Assembly: GCA_963847625.1 (NCBI GenBank)
Contig: CAWKAR010000023.1
Location: 1-64,000 of the forward strand
Reading direction: 5' to 3'
Source: a candidate division FCPU426 bacterium
Lineage (GTDB): Bacteria; Oederibacteriota; Muellerivitia; Muellerivitales; Muellerivitaceae
Length of the DNA: 64,000 nucleotides
Shown here: positions 31,572-40,774 of the stretch, piece by piece
Layout: the number at the start of each line of letters is the position of its first letter
Numbering within the stretch: position 1 is the stretch's first letter
The notes under the pieces: generated by a model
What the model saw: the letters and a program-made list of their open reading frames with translations, nothing else
Database searches by the model: none
Told to the model about the DNA's origin: nothing
Program-made: the position numbers and the translations under genes

Positions 31572-32201
31572 TTACTGGAATAAATAATTCAAGCCGATCT
31601 GGATGGGGATAGAGGCAAGCGGGCTATCATTCCCCTGAGCCTTGTCTCCGGTCGTCGTCTCCATATCCATGCAATATTTCGCCTGGACGAAGATATTCAT
31701 GTTGTCCCCGGCCTTGAAAGCGACCCCGATGCCCGGATCAATCTCGGGATTGGTCCAGCTCGTGGTCCATCCCGCTGGAATCGCGGGCGAAGAACTCACT
31801 GAATCCATCGCGATGCCCACTCCCAACACGATATAGGGGGAAACGCCGCCGTCCATGACGATGTTATACTGTCCGACGAGCTCAATGGGCACATGCCCAA
31901 CACTCATCGATGTAAATCCGGATTGTAGCATGGAACTTTTAACCGGCGTCATTTCATAACCGCCCTCCAAGCTCAAAGAAAAATCCTTGGAAAAAGCGTA
32001 TCCAACCTGAATTTCCCCGCCGCCACCCATGTCGAACATGGAAGCAGCTTGACTGCTCATGGGAATTACGATTCCACCCTGCAACTGTAGAATTACTTTC
32101 CCATCCGAACTACCGGTGTTGCTGGCTTTGCTGGCCTCTGCGGCAAACGAAATCGAGGCAGTCAATGCCAAGGCAAAAGCAAAAAACAGAATCTTTTTCA
32201 T
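31572..32201 (-). CDS. Outer-membrane beta-barrel protein, tandem paralog
   Basis: Near-identical signal peptide; shared HxPxELVGQYNI and DPGxGVAFKAGD; C-terminal GLNYLFQ. Confidence 0.75.
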   Translation of the reverse strand: MKKILFFAFALALTASISFAAEASKASNTGSSDGKVILQLQGGIVIPMSSQAASMFDMGGGGEIQVGYAFSKDFSLSLEGGYEMTPVKSSMLQSGFTSMSVGHVPIELVGQYNIVMDGGVSPYIVLGVGIAMDSVSSSPAIPAGWTTSWTNPEIDPGIGVAFKAGDNMNIFVQAKYCMDMETTTGDKAQGNDSPLASIPIQIGLNYLFQ

Positions 32202-32552
32202 CTTTTCCACCTCTCCATTTTGATTTGTTGCCGTTTCAGGGAACCGGCATGTGCCGATCATCTTTAAAAATATATTGAGATCGGTACGATACCAATCTCT
32301 TTATAAGCTTTATGGAAGATTGGCATGCAACCCATAACTTATATGTACTTTTCCGGGTTGCTTCAAGGGCAATAACAGTTTCCATGGCGGAAATGCCTTG
32401 ATAATGGCTGTTTTCCAAGTTCTTTTTTACAGGCATTCGAATGATTTTCCCTTTCAAGGCCGCCAACCGGTCCTTGAAACTACCCGTATAATCCCTGAGA
32501 ATCGTTGATTCCAAAAACAATCCGTGCCTTTTAATAAATATGGAGAGTCGGC

Positions 32553-34832
32553 ATGAAAACCCATGGCTCCGAAAAAAGCTCCCTTTCCGTTACAGTCAAG
32601 GGTGTGGTACAGGGTGTGGGTTTCCGCCCCTTCGTGTACCGCCTGGCGGAGCGTTTCCACCTGACCGGCTGGGTGAAGAATTCGCCCCAGGGCGCCGAGT
32701 TGGAAGTGGAAGGGGCGGGTACGGACCTGGAAGCTTTCCTGCTAGCCCTCCAGCAGGAGGCCCCGCCCGGTGCTATTCTCAAGGACCTGGAAGTCCGATG
32801 GGGCAAGCCCAAGGATTTCGCGGGCTTTGAAATTCTCCAAAGCCTGGTGGAAGGCGGCAAGGAAGCCTGGATTCTCCCCGACCTGGCTACCTGCCCGGAA
32901 TGCCTGGCGGAGCTGTTCGACCCGAAGGACCGGCGTTACCGGTATCCCTTCCTCAATTGCACCCATTGCGGGCCCCGTTTTTCCATTATCGAAAGCCTTC
33001 CCTACGACCGCCCCCGCACCACGATGAAGGTTTTTCCCCTCTGTGACGAGTGCCGCCGGGAGTACGAAGATCCTAAGAACCGTAGGTTCCATGCCCAACC
33101 TACTGCCTGCCCCCAATGCGGGCCCCGGGCTTCTATAAATAGTAATGAAGGTTCAACCCTGGAAGAGAAGGAAGAAGCCCTCCAATATGCCGTTCAGGCC
33201 TTAAAAGAAGGGAAAATACTGGCGGTCAAGGGGCTGGGAGGTTACCACCTTTGGTGCGACGCCCGGAACGAACGGGCCGTGAAAGAACTCCGGCGCCGCA
33301 AAAAACGGGAGGAAAAACCCCTGGCCCTCATGGCGCCCAGCCTGGAATGGGTCAAAAAAGCCTGCGAGGTTTCCCCGGAAGAGGAAAAACTGCTGGTTTC
33401 GCCCCAGTCGCCAATCGTCCTGCTGAGGCGCCGCGCTGAAACCGATGTGGCGGAGTCCGTGGCCCCGGACAACCCCACCCTGGGCATCATGCTTCCCTAC
33501 GCCCCCCTTCACCATCTGCTGTTGAAAGACCTGGGATTTCCTGTAGTGGCCACCAGCGGCAACCTGTCGGACGAGCCCATCTGCATCGACGAAAAGGAAG
33601 CGTTCGAGCGGCTCGGCGGCATCGCGGATTACTTCCTGGCCCACAACCGGCCCATCGCCCGGCCCGTGGACGACTCAGTCTGCCGCCTTCTGGCGGGAGA
33701 ACCCCAGGTCCTTCGCCGGGCCAGGGGCTACGCCCCCTTGCCGGTGGAAATAGCTTTTACCGGCCGGCCTCTTATGGCCTTCGGCGCCCACTTGAAAAAC
33801 ACCGTGGCACTTTACGAGAACGGCAAGGTTTTCCTGAGCCAGCACATCGGCGACCTGGACACCCCCGAGGCCCTGTCCCATTTCAACCGCGTCGTGGCGG
33901 ACCTTCCCCGCCTCTACGAAGTGGACCCCTCCCGGGTGGTCTGCGACCTGCATCCCGATTACGCCTCCACCCGGATGGCCGAAAAAACCGGCAAGATCGT
34001 CCAAAGGGTCCAGCACCACGTGGCCCACATCTTCGCCTGCGCGGCCGAGAACCAGGTGGCCTCCCCTTTCCTGGGTGTGGCTTGGGATGGGGCGGGACTG
34101 GGCGAGGATAACACCATTTGGGGTGGTGAATTTTTCCGCGTGGAAAAATCGCAGGTAAAACGGGTGGGGAGGTTTCTTCCCTTCCTTCTTTTGGGTGGCG
34201 ACATGGCCGCCCTGGAACCCCGGCGTTCCGCTCTGGGCGTGCTTTATGAAATCTTCGGAAAGGACGTATTTGATAAGGAAGACCTTCCGTCCTTGGGCTT
34301 TTTTACGGCGACGGAAAGGAAGCTCTTGAAATCCATGGCCGAAAAGGGGCTCAATACCCCCAGGACCTCCAGCGCCGGGCGGTTGTTCGACGCGGCGGCT
34401 TCCTTGACCGGCCTATGCCAGGTTTCCCGCTTCGAGGGCCAGGCCGCCATGAAGATGGAATTCGCCCTGCCCGCCGATCCGGGACCCAGGACTTATCCCC
34501 TGGAATTCCGGGAAGCCGATAAGTTCTGGGAATTGGATTGGCGCCCCTTGATCCAACAGCTTCTCAAGGAAGCCGCCTCAAATATTCCGGTTCCGGAACT
34601 CTCGACGGGCTTCCATAACGGCCTGGCGGAGGGTATTGTGAAGGCAGCCCGCCGCGAGGGTTTGGAGCAGGTGGTCCTATCCGGCGGCTGTTTCCAGAAT
34701 AAATACCTCTCAACCCGGGTAATCCAGGGGCTGAAACGGAAAGGCTTCACGCCCTTCTGGCACCGGCAAACACCCCCCAACGACGGGGGAATCGCCCTGG
34801 GCCAGGCCGCTTACACGCTGTGGAAAGGTTGA
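32553..34832 (+). CDS. hypF: Carbamoyltransferase HypF
   Basis: VQGVGFRPFVY acylphosphatase domain, CxxC zinc fingers, KGLGGYHL, SQHIGDL, QHHVAH, PNDGGIALGQ. Confidence 0.97.
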   Translation: MKTHGSEKSSLSVTVKGVVQGVGFRPFVYRLAERFHLTGWVKNSPQGAELEVEGAGTDLEAFLLALQQEAPPGAILKDLEVRWGKPKDFAGFEILQSLVEGGKEAWILPDLATCPECLAELFDPKDRRYRYPFLNCTHCGPRFSIIESLPYDRPRTTMKVFPLCDECRREYEDPKNRRFHAQPTACPQCGPRASINSNEGSTLEEKEEALQYAVQALKEGKILAVKGLGGYHLWCDARNERAVKELRRRKKREEKPLALMAPSLEWVKKACEVSPEEEKLLVSPQSPIVLLRRRAETDVAESVAPDNPTLGIMLPYAPLHHLLLKDLGFPVVATSGNLSDEPICIDEKEAFERLGGIADYFLAHNRPIARPVDDSVCRLLAGEPQVLRRARGYAPLPVEIAFTGRPLMAFGAHLKNTVALYENGKVFLSQHIGDLDTPEALSHFNRVVADLPRLYEVDPSRVVCDLHPDYASTRMAEKTGKIVQRVQHHVAHIFACAAENQVASPFLGVAWDGAGLGEDNTIWGGEFFRVEKSQVKRVGRFLPFLLLGGDMAALEPRRSALGVLYEIFGKDVFDKEDLPSLGFFTATERKLLKSMAEKGLNTPRTSSAGRLFDAAASLTGLCQVSRFEGQAAMKMEFALPADPGPRTYPLEFREADKFWELDWRPLIQQLLKEAASNIPVPELSTGFHNGLAEGIVKAARREGLEQVVLSGGCFQNKYLSTRVIQGLKRKGFTPFWHRQTPPNDGGIALGQAAYTLWKG

Positions 34833-34836
34833 AACC

Positions 34837-35085
34837 ATGTGTCTTGCCATGCCGGGAAAAATAGTCAGCATCCAGGGCCAGGACAACCTGGGCCTGCGCG
34901 CCAAGGTCGATTTCGGAGGAGTGCTCAAGGATGTTTCCCTGGCCTGCCTGCCGGACGCCAAGGTGGGCGAGTACGTGATCGTGCACGTGGGCATCGCGCT
35001 GAGCAAGCTGGACGAGGAAGAGGCCGCCAGGACCCTGGAACTCTTTTCCGAAATATCCAAGCTTGAACTTCAAGAAGGCGCTTAA
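34837..35085 (+). CDS. hypC: Hydrogenase assembly chaperone HypC
   Basis: MCLAMPGKI, VGEYVIVHVGIA. Confidence 0.96.
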   Translation: MCLAMPGKIVSIQGQDNLGLRAKVDFGGVLKDVSLACLPDAKVGEYVIVHVGIALSKLDEEEAARTLELFSEISKLELQEGA

Positions 35086-35089
35086 AACT

Positions 35090-35470
35090 TCATCTTCTTT
35101 TAGAAATCGCCTCACCCCGGCTCTGCCAATAAATCCAAGCCATCAACAAAAGTTGGAAGGGTATCCGGGCCACCAATTCCCATTGTGGAAGTGGAATCCC
35201 CGCCCCGCCCGAAAAAATAATGTAAAGATTGAAGGGAAAAACAAAGACCAGTAATAGAAGCAGCCCGTAGCAGGCCGCCCGCCGGGTTGGGCGGAATGGA
35301 AGCAATACCGCCGCTAAAATATCGAAAGACCCTGTGAATGCCGTGAACGCTGTTCGGGCGGGAAGGAAATGGGGTACCAGGTTCAGGAAATAGTCAAAGC
35401 GGGTGAAATGATATATCCCTAAAAAGAGATAGGTAAAAACGAGGATGCTGAGGCTGGTTTTCCGGATCAC
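35090..35470 (-). CDS. DoxX-like membrane protein
   Basis: GIYHF, VP.FLP, FP.N, RIPFQLLL with four TM segments. Confidence 0.7.
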   Translation of the reverse strand: MIRKTSLSILVFTYLFLGIYHFTRFDYFLNLVPHFLPARTAFTAFTGSFDILAAVLLPFRPTRRAACYGLLLLLVFVFPFNLYIIFSGGAGIPLPQWELVARIPFQLLLMAWIYWQSRGEAISKRR

Positions 35471-35604
35471 GTAACTATGATACGTCGTAAAAACCTAAAT
35501 CCACAACAGGACAAAAACTAACAGCAAACTGGGGTCGCCACGCACATAACCGCGCCGATTGGCGCATGTGCTCACGATGACAACTTAAAAGAAATTATTT
35601 CAAA

Positions 35605-36093
35605 TTAATTCCCCAAGGCCTTCCATTCCCCCAGCCGTTTTTGCATCTGCCCGATATGGTAGGGAATATGGCCCAGGTAGGTTTCTAACATTCGGTCTAA
35701 GGCCAAGACCCCCCGTTCCGGGTGGGTGACGGTTCGCTCAAAAGCCTCTTCACTTTGTGCTAAAAGCAAGTCCGCGTTGGCCCGAATGAGCCATCTTAAA
35801 CCAACAATAGCGAATTCCACGTCCTTGCTTTTGTAATCCAATTCTCTGGACCAGCGGTCCTGGTCAAAAGTCATGATCGTTTTTCCGGGCTCGGCCAGGG
35901 CGGCGCGGTAACGCACGTAGAGGCTGGCCTCGGTGTCCAAAAGGTGGAAGATGATTTCATGCACACACCAGCGTCCCGGATCGGGTTTGTAATTCCACAT
36001 GGATCTCGGGAATTTCGCGAGGATCTCCGGCAAATCCCGGGAGAAGTTTCCGTATTCCTTGATCTTCTCAAGGCGTTCCGAGTGTTTCATCAT
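35605..36093 (-). CDS. DinB/YfiT family protein
   Basis: PGRWCVHEIIFHLLDTE, FDQD.W, HPERG, HIPYHIGQ. Confidence 0.88.
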   Translation of the reverse strand: MMKHSERLEKIKEYGNFSRDLPEILAKFPRSMWNYKPDPGRWCVHEIIFHLLDTEASLYVRYRAALAEPGKTIMTFDQDRWSRELDYKSKDVEFAIVGLRWLIRANADLLLAQSEEAFERTVTHPERGVLALDRMLETYLGHIPYHIGQMQKRLGEWKALGN

Positions 36094-36196
36094 TACATCC
36101 TTTCATTAATACGACTGTTTGCCTTTGGATCATGATGGAGCCCATGATGAGGGGAAATCAAGCCGGTCAGTCTTGAAAACCATCCGGCCCTGGAAT

Positions 36197-37342
36197 TTAC
36201 TTGGCCGGAAGGGCTTTCTCGATTTCATCCAAGCCGGCGCCGAATAAACGTTTCGCAGCCTGGTCCAAGGACTTCCGGCCGCCGGTGAAATGGAACGTCT
36301 TGTGGATATGCTCGAGGCTTTCCCCGGGGGCCAGGGCCGCGGCGGAGGAGGATGTCTCCAATTCGAAGAAAGGCCCCTCGGGTTTCTTCCACGGCTCCGG
36401 CGGTCCGTCGTTATAACTATTCACGACGTCCCCGCCGTAAGGGTCCTTTTGGATTTCCCACATGGAATTCACGTAAATACCCGGCGGGTGCGGCAAGGTG
36501 TATTGGACCACCGTGAGGACGCCGTTCCGAGAGTCCCAGGACCCCAGTACCGGTTTGGCCCTTCGCGGGGATATTCCGATCTTGCTCCGGCAAAGCCCGT
36601 CCCCGCTGAAATAAACCACGTTCTTTCCCACCTGGATCCGGTCCCCCGGAACCTTTCCGAAATAGGAATCGTTCACGGCGGGGCCTAGTTCATCCTCCCC
36701 GCCTTCCTTAAAAGGAATCACCACGCGTGAATGGACCGAGGGCTGGAACATGCCCAGGATCCAAACCGAAACCAGCCCCTTTTCCCTCCGCCACGCTTCC
36801 CTCCCAATGTTTTTCAAGCGATTGACCGACTCAAACCCCACGTTGGATAACCCCGCCGGCTCCAAACCCAAATCGGTAAAAATGCGATCGTCGCCTAATA
36901 GGCTGATTCGACGATCCAACTCTAAATTGAAAGTAAAGCCCGCGTAATTGTGAAGTTTCATCCCTTTCTGGAACCGGATGCTTAGAGAATCTTTTTCCAC
37001 GGCCTCGAAAGGCTCCTTGTCAATGGGAGCGGGAACGTAGGAATGCTCCAAATCAAAAGCGGTCCCTGGCGCGAAAAACAGGGCGAATTGACCCCCCTCC
37101 GGCCCCAACCAGAACCGGTCTTCCCCGCCATAGGAGTTGAAATGGGGCATGGATTTCCCCGATGCGATAAGTTCCCGGTTGATCCAACCGTAACTCATGC
37201 CCTTGGAACCGTCCAAGGTGCTGGTAAATACCCGGCCTTGGAGTTTGGGGGCAACGGCCGCCTCATGGCCCCGGCCATCGGATAAAAGATGTATTTCCGT
37301 ATGGTTTCGCAGGAATTCTAAATCGTCCTGAAAGGTCGGCAT
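36197..37342 (-). CDS. Conserved hypothetical protein (DUF6786-like, beta-supersandwich)
   Basis: QGRVFTST, GGEDRFWLGPEGGQF, YVNSMWE, NSYNDGP, FFELETSS; family name from recollection, not from a search. Confidence 0.6.
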   Translation of the reverse strand: MPTFQDDLEFLRNHTEIHLLSDGRGHEAAVAPKLQGRVFTSTLDGSKGMSYGWINRELIASGKSMPHFNSYGGEDRFWLGPEGGQFALFFAPGTAFDLEHSYVPAPIDKEPFEAVEKDSLSIRFQKGMKLHNYAGFTFNLELDRRISLLGDDRIFTDLGLEPAGLSNVGFESVNRLKNIGREAWRREKGLVSVWILGMFQPSVHSRVVIPFKEGGEDELGPAVNDSYFGKVPGDRIQVGKNVVYFSGDGLCRSKIGISPRRAKPVLGSWDSRNGVLTVVQYTLPHPPGIYVNSMWEIQKDPYGGDVVNSYNDGPPEPWKKPEGPFFELETSSSAAALAPGESLEHIHKTFHFTGGRKSLDQAAKRLFGAGLDEIEKALPAK

Positions 37343-37441
37343 TTTTCATCCTTCACGAGGTATTGGAATTCATAAACAGGGAATATTCTACCCTTCAATC
37401 GGGATATCTTTGAAGATTTTGGAAGGCCATGAATTAGAAAT

Positions 37442-37473
37442 AAAAAAAGGCCCCGAAATCCTGGGGCCTTTTT
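37442..37473. terminator. Bidirectional terminator after degP
   Basis: AAAAAAAGGCCCC..GGGGCCTTTTT. Confidence 0.8.
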
Positions 37474-37501
37474 AATCAGAAATTTCTTAAAGAACCTTTA
37501 A

Positions 37502-39037
37502 TTATTCATCCTCCGATTGCAGCAAGGCATAGAGGGTCATGCCTTCGCGCCAAATAAAAAGACGCACGCCGTTTTTCAAATCACTCTTTTTCAACAGTAC
37601 CGACAACTGGCTCGCCGAATAAATCGGCTTGTTTTCCAGGTTCAAGACGATGTCCCCGGGCTGTAAACCCGCCGCGGCCGCGGGGCTTTGCGGGTCCACT
37701 TGGGTGATAACCGGACCCTTGGGGGCGTTTCCCGGTAGCTGGCCCTTGATGTCCGCGGTCTGGTCCTGGAAAGTCAGGCCCAGGTTGTCGTTTTGGCCCG
37801 TGCCCGGGTTGGTTTCCCCCTGGTCCGGCTTGCTGGAACCGCGTTTTAAGCTGGCTTCGTCCAATTGTTGCAAAGTTACGGGAATTTCAGATTTCACCCC
37901 GTTGCGCAAGACCGTCAGTTGGACGGTTTGGCCCGGTTGGAAGGTGTAAAGCTTGGCCACCAAATCCCCCATATTCGCCACCTGGGCGCCGTTGACCTTC
38001 AGGATGATGTCGCCGGGTTTCAATCCCGCCTTCTCGGCGGCGCTGCCCGGATTGACGCTGGAAATGAGCGCCCCCTCGGTCGAGGATAAACCGAAACTCT
38101 TCGCCATTTTCGCATTGAGGGACTGGATCATGGCCCCCAAGCCGGCGCGGAGGATCTTTCCCGTATTGACCAGGTCCTCGGCAGCCTTCCGGGCAATGTT
38201 GGAGGGTATGGCAAACCCAATGCCGATGGAGCCCCCCGATTGGCTGTAGATGGCGCTGTTGATGCCGATGACTTCCCCCTTGATGTTGCAAAGCGGGCCG
38301 CCCGAGTTGCCAGGGTTGATGGAAGCGTCAGTTTGGATGTAGTTTTGCATGCCCTGGTCCTGGCTGATTTCGACGCTTCTGCCCTTGGCCGAGATGACGC
38401 CGGTCGTGACGGTGTGGTCCAAAGCGAAGGGATTGCCCACCGCGATGGCCCACTCCCCCACCTTGAGGGCGTCGGAGTTGCCCAGGACCACGTGCGGGAA
38501 TTTCTTGTCCGAAGCGGTGATTTTCACGACGGCGATGTCGATTTTCTCGTCCTTGCCGATGATCTTGGCCGGATAAGTGGTCCCGTCCTCGAAAGTAACC
38601 GTCACTTTCTCGGCTTTACCCACGACGTGGGCGTTGGTCATGATGTAGCCGTCCTCTGTGACGATGAAACCCGATCCCAGGCTTCGCTGCTTTTGTTTGA
38701 AAATCTTCTGGCGGGGCCCGCCCTGGGGCCCGTAGAAGAAGTAATTGAAGAAATTGTCCATATTGCCGAAATCGTTGAACCCCCGGATGTCCTCGGTCCA
38801 CTCGGAGCTGATGTTGACCACCGCGGGGCTGATGGCGGCGGCCACGTCGATGAAGGCGTTCTGGAGTGCCACTGCCGGGTTGTTGGGCGCCAACTGCACC
38901 GGAGCCTCCCCTTGCCCCAGGCGCAGGGTCGCCGATCCCGCTTTAAAAGGAAGGATGGAACACAGGAACAGCAGGACGGCTAGGACCGCGGCTTTGCGGC
39001 AGCCCGGTTTATTTTTTCCGTCTTTTCGGTTTCGCAT
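37502..39037 (-). CDS. degP: HtrA/DegP (Do) serine protease with two PDZ domains
   Basis: TNAHVV, DIAV, IQTDASINPGNSGGPL, two PDZ repeats. Confidence 0.93.
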   Translation of the reverse strand: MRNRKDGKNKPGCRKAAVLAVLLFLCSILPFKAGSATLRLGQGEAPVQLAPNNPAVALQNAFIDVAAAISPAVVNISSEWTEDIRGFNDFGNMDNFFNYFFYGPQGGPRQKIFKQKQRSLGSGFIVTEDGYIMTNAHVVGKAEKVTVTFEDGTTYPAKIIGKDEKIDIAVVKITASDKKFPHVVLGNSDALKVGEWAIAVGNPFALDHTVTTGVISAKGRSVEISQDQGMQNYIQTDASINPGNSGGPLCNIKGEVIGINSAIYSQSGGSIGIGFAIPSNIARKAAEDLVNTGKILRAGLGAMIQSLNAKMAKSFGLSSTEGALISSVNPGSAAEKAGLKPGDIILKVNGAQVANMGDLVAKLYTFQPGQTVQLTVLRNGVKSEIPVTLQQLDEASLKRGSSKPDQGETNPGTGQNDNLGLTFQDQTADIKGQLPGNAPKGPVITQVDPQSPAAAAGLQPGDIVLNLENKPIYSASQLSVLLKKSDLKNGVRLFIWREGMTLYALLQSEDE

Positions 39038-39371
39038 TTTTTTCCTCCGGTTTTGTTTCAGGCCCGGTCTCTTGCTCGTCCCGGGCGTTAAAGGATTTTC
39101 TTCTCAGCAACTCATCTATATCAGGGTGATTGGACGACAAGTTTATGACGATCTTGACACCCGAAAGGTTTACCCCGCAGGTTTTGACGAGATACGTGAT
39201 GCTTTCGAGCCGTTCCACGTCCAACTGGGAATAAAGTCTGGTTTTCCGGATTGTCCGGCAAGGACAAATCAGTCCTAACCGTTCGTATTGGCGGATGGTC
39301 TGTTCGTGGAGGCCCAACAGCTCGGCCACCACGCTGATCGTGTAAAGGGGATGTTCGGGAGGAACGTTCAT
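39009..39371 (-). CDS. hspR: HspR-like MerR family transcriptional regulator
   Basis: PLYTISVVAELLGLHEQTIRQYERLGLI.P.RT..RLYS..D, GVNLSGVK. Confidence 0.8.
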   Translation of the reverse strand: MNVPPEHPLYTISVVAELLGLHEQTIRQYERLGLICPCRTIRKTRLYSQLDVERLESITYLVKTCGVNLSGVKIVINLSSNHPDIDELLRRKSFNARDEQETGPETKPEEKNAKPKRRKK

Positions 39372-39393
39372 TGTTTTTTACGTTTATTTAATC

Positions 39394-40245
39394 TCAAGAA
39401 AAATAGTCCCTCAAATGGTTGGCTTCCTTCGAGCCGCGGACCCTTCGCATGGCCCTTTCCTCGATCTGCCGGACCCTTTCCTTGGAAATCTTCAACCGTT
39501 GGCCGATCTCGTCCAGGGTTTTGGATCCCCGGCCGTCCAGGCCATAGCGCCAGACCAGGATTTGGCCGTCGCGTTTGTCTAAAACCCGGAGGGCTTTCCA
39601 GAGCTTTTCCGAGAGATCCTTGTCCATGAGTTCCCGTTCAAAAGACTCCTGGTCCTTGGGGTCCTTCAGGAACTCGATAATCGGCCTCTCGCTATCGCCG
39701 ATATGGGTCGTATCCAGGCTCATGTAACCGTAGGCGAACTCTTGGACCTCGGTCAAAGTTTTGCGGTCAATGCCCGTTTTTTTCATGACGTCCAGATCCG
39801 AAACCGGCCTCTTGGCTTTTTGCTTCATCGCCTCGACCTGCTTGTTGATTTTGCGGATCTTTTTGGACTGGCTTTGCGGGATCCGCACCATGTTCCCCTT
39901 GTCCAATATGGCCGCCAGGATGGATTGGCGGATCCACCATACGGCGTAGGAAACGAACCTCACGCCCCTTTCAGGGTCGAAGGTTTTGGCGGCTTTGATC
40001 AAGCCCAAATTTCCCTCGTTAATGAGGTCCAGAAAGGAAAGGCCCCGGTTGCGGAAGCCCTTGGCGACCGAAACCACGAACCTCAAATTGGACTCCACAA
40101 GCCTGTTCATGGCCGCGTCATCGCCTTTTCGGGCGCTGCGGCTGACGGCTTTTTCTTCCTCTGGAGTCAACAGAGGAATGCGGGCTATTTCTTTTAAATA
40201 GGTCCCGACTGATTTTTCTTCGCTGACGAATGTTGTTCTATCCAT
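39394..40245 (-). CDS. Sigma70-family RNA polymerase sigma factor (RpoD-like, lacking region 1.1)
   Basis: YLKEI, NLRFVVSVAK, DLINEGNLGL, RFVSYAVWWIRQ, TLDEIG..ISKERVRQIE. Confidence 0.93.
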   Translation of the reverse strand: MDRTTFVSEEKSVGTYLKEIARIPLLTPEEEKAVSRSARKGDDAAMNRLVESNLRFVVSVAKGFRNRGLSFLDLINEGNLGLIKAAKTFDPERGVRFVSYAVWWIRQSILAAILDKGNMVRIPQSQSKKIRKINKQVEAMKQKAKRPVSDLDVMKKTGIDRKTLTEVQEFAYGYMSLDTTHIGDSERPIIEFLKDPKDQESFERELMDKDLSEKLWKALRVLDKRDGQILVWRYGLDGRGSKTLDEIGQRLKISKERVRQIEERAMRRVRGSKEANHLRDYFS

Positions 40246-40301
40246 GACTTTCTCCCCAAGTAAATAATTTATTGTCAGATTTACTTCCTACTACAATACA
40301 G

Positions 40302-40330
40302 ATTATATGAGCCAATACGTATCATGTCAA
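40302..40330 (-). promoter_or_regulatory. Consensus sigma70 promoter TTGACA-N17-TATAAT with HAIR-like operator in the spacer
   Basis: Minus strand TTGACA TGATACGTATTGGCTCA TATAAT; plus strand ATGAG-N9-ATCAT at 40307-40325. Confidence 0.8.
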
Positions 40331-40701
40331 ATGAAATTTATTATCAAGGTGCTGTCCTAATTTGAAATATACCTTATTTATTGCTGTTTTGACGGGCTTA
40401 TATATTGAAGGTGTTGTCAGTCTAAACAGCTTTTTCGACGGTTAGGTGAACAGTATAATGTTGTCACGATAGATATATTATACACCCCCCTCTCCCCCCT
40501 CTCCCCCTACCCTCCCCACCCCCAGGGGAGGGGGGTGTTATCACAAAATAACACTTTATTTTATTTAACCATCTATCCTTAGTGGGTAAATTGTCATCCC
40601 TCATTGACATAAAACGGTATGAGAGTAAATTATAGGGTTTAAATTTTAACCCGTATTGCCTTGATTCTTTCGAGGTTAAGGTTAAAATTAATTTAACATC
40701 C

Positions 40702-40757
40702 CGTTGGCTCTTACGAGTCAGCGCCCCCCTAGGTACGTAACGGTCCTGGGGTTTTTT
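40702..40757 (+). ncRNA. Two-hairpin leader RNA ending in an intrinsic terminator, just upstream of the NYN gene
   Basis: CGTTGGCTC TTAC GAGTCAGCG, then CCCTAGG..CCTGGGG TTTTTT; G-U pairs favour the plus strand. Confidence 0.55.
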
Positions 40758-40774
40758 ATTTATGGAGCAAATTT

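Noticed and set aside
35530..35582. Palindromic intergenic element as an ncRNA
   Set aside because: Single degenerate REP-like copy with no supporting signals
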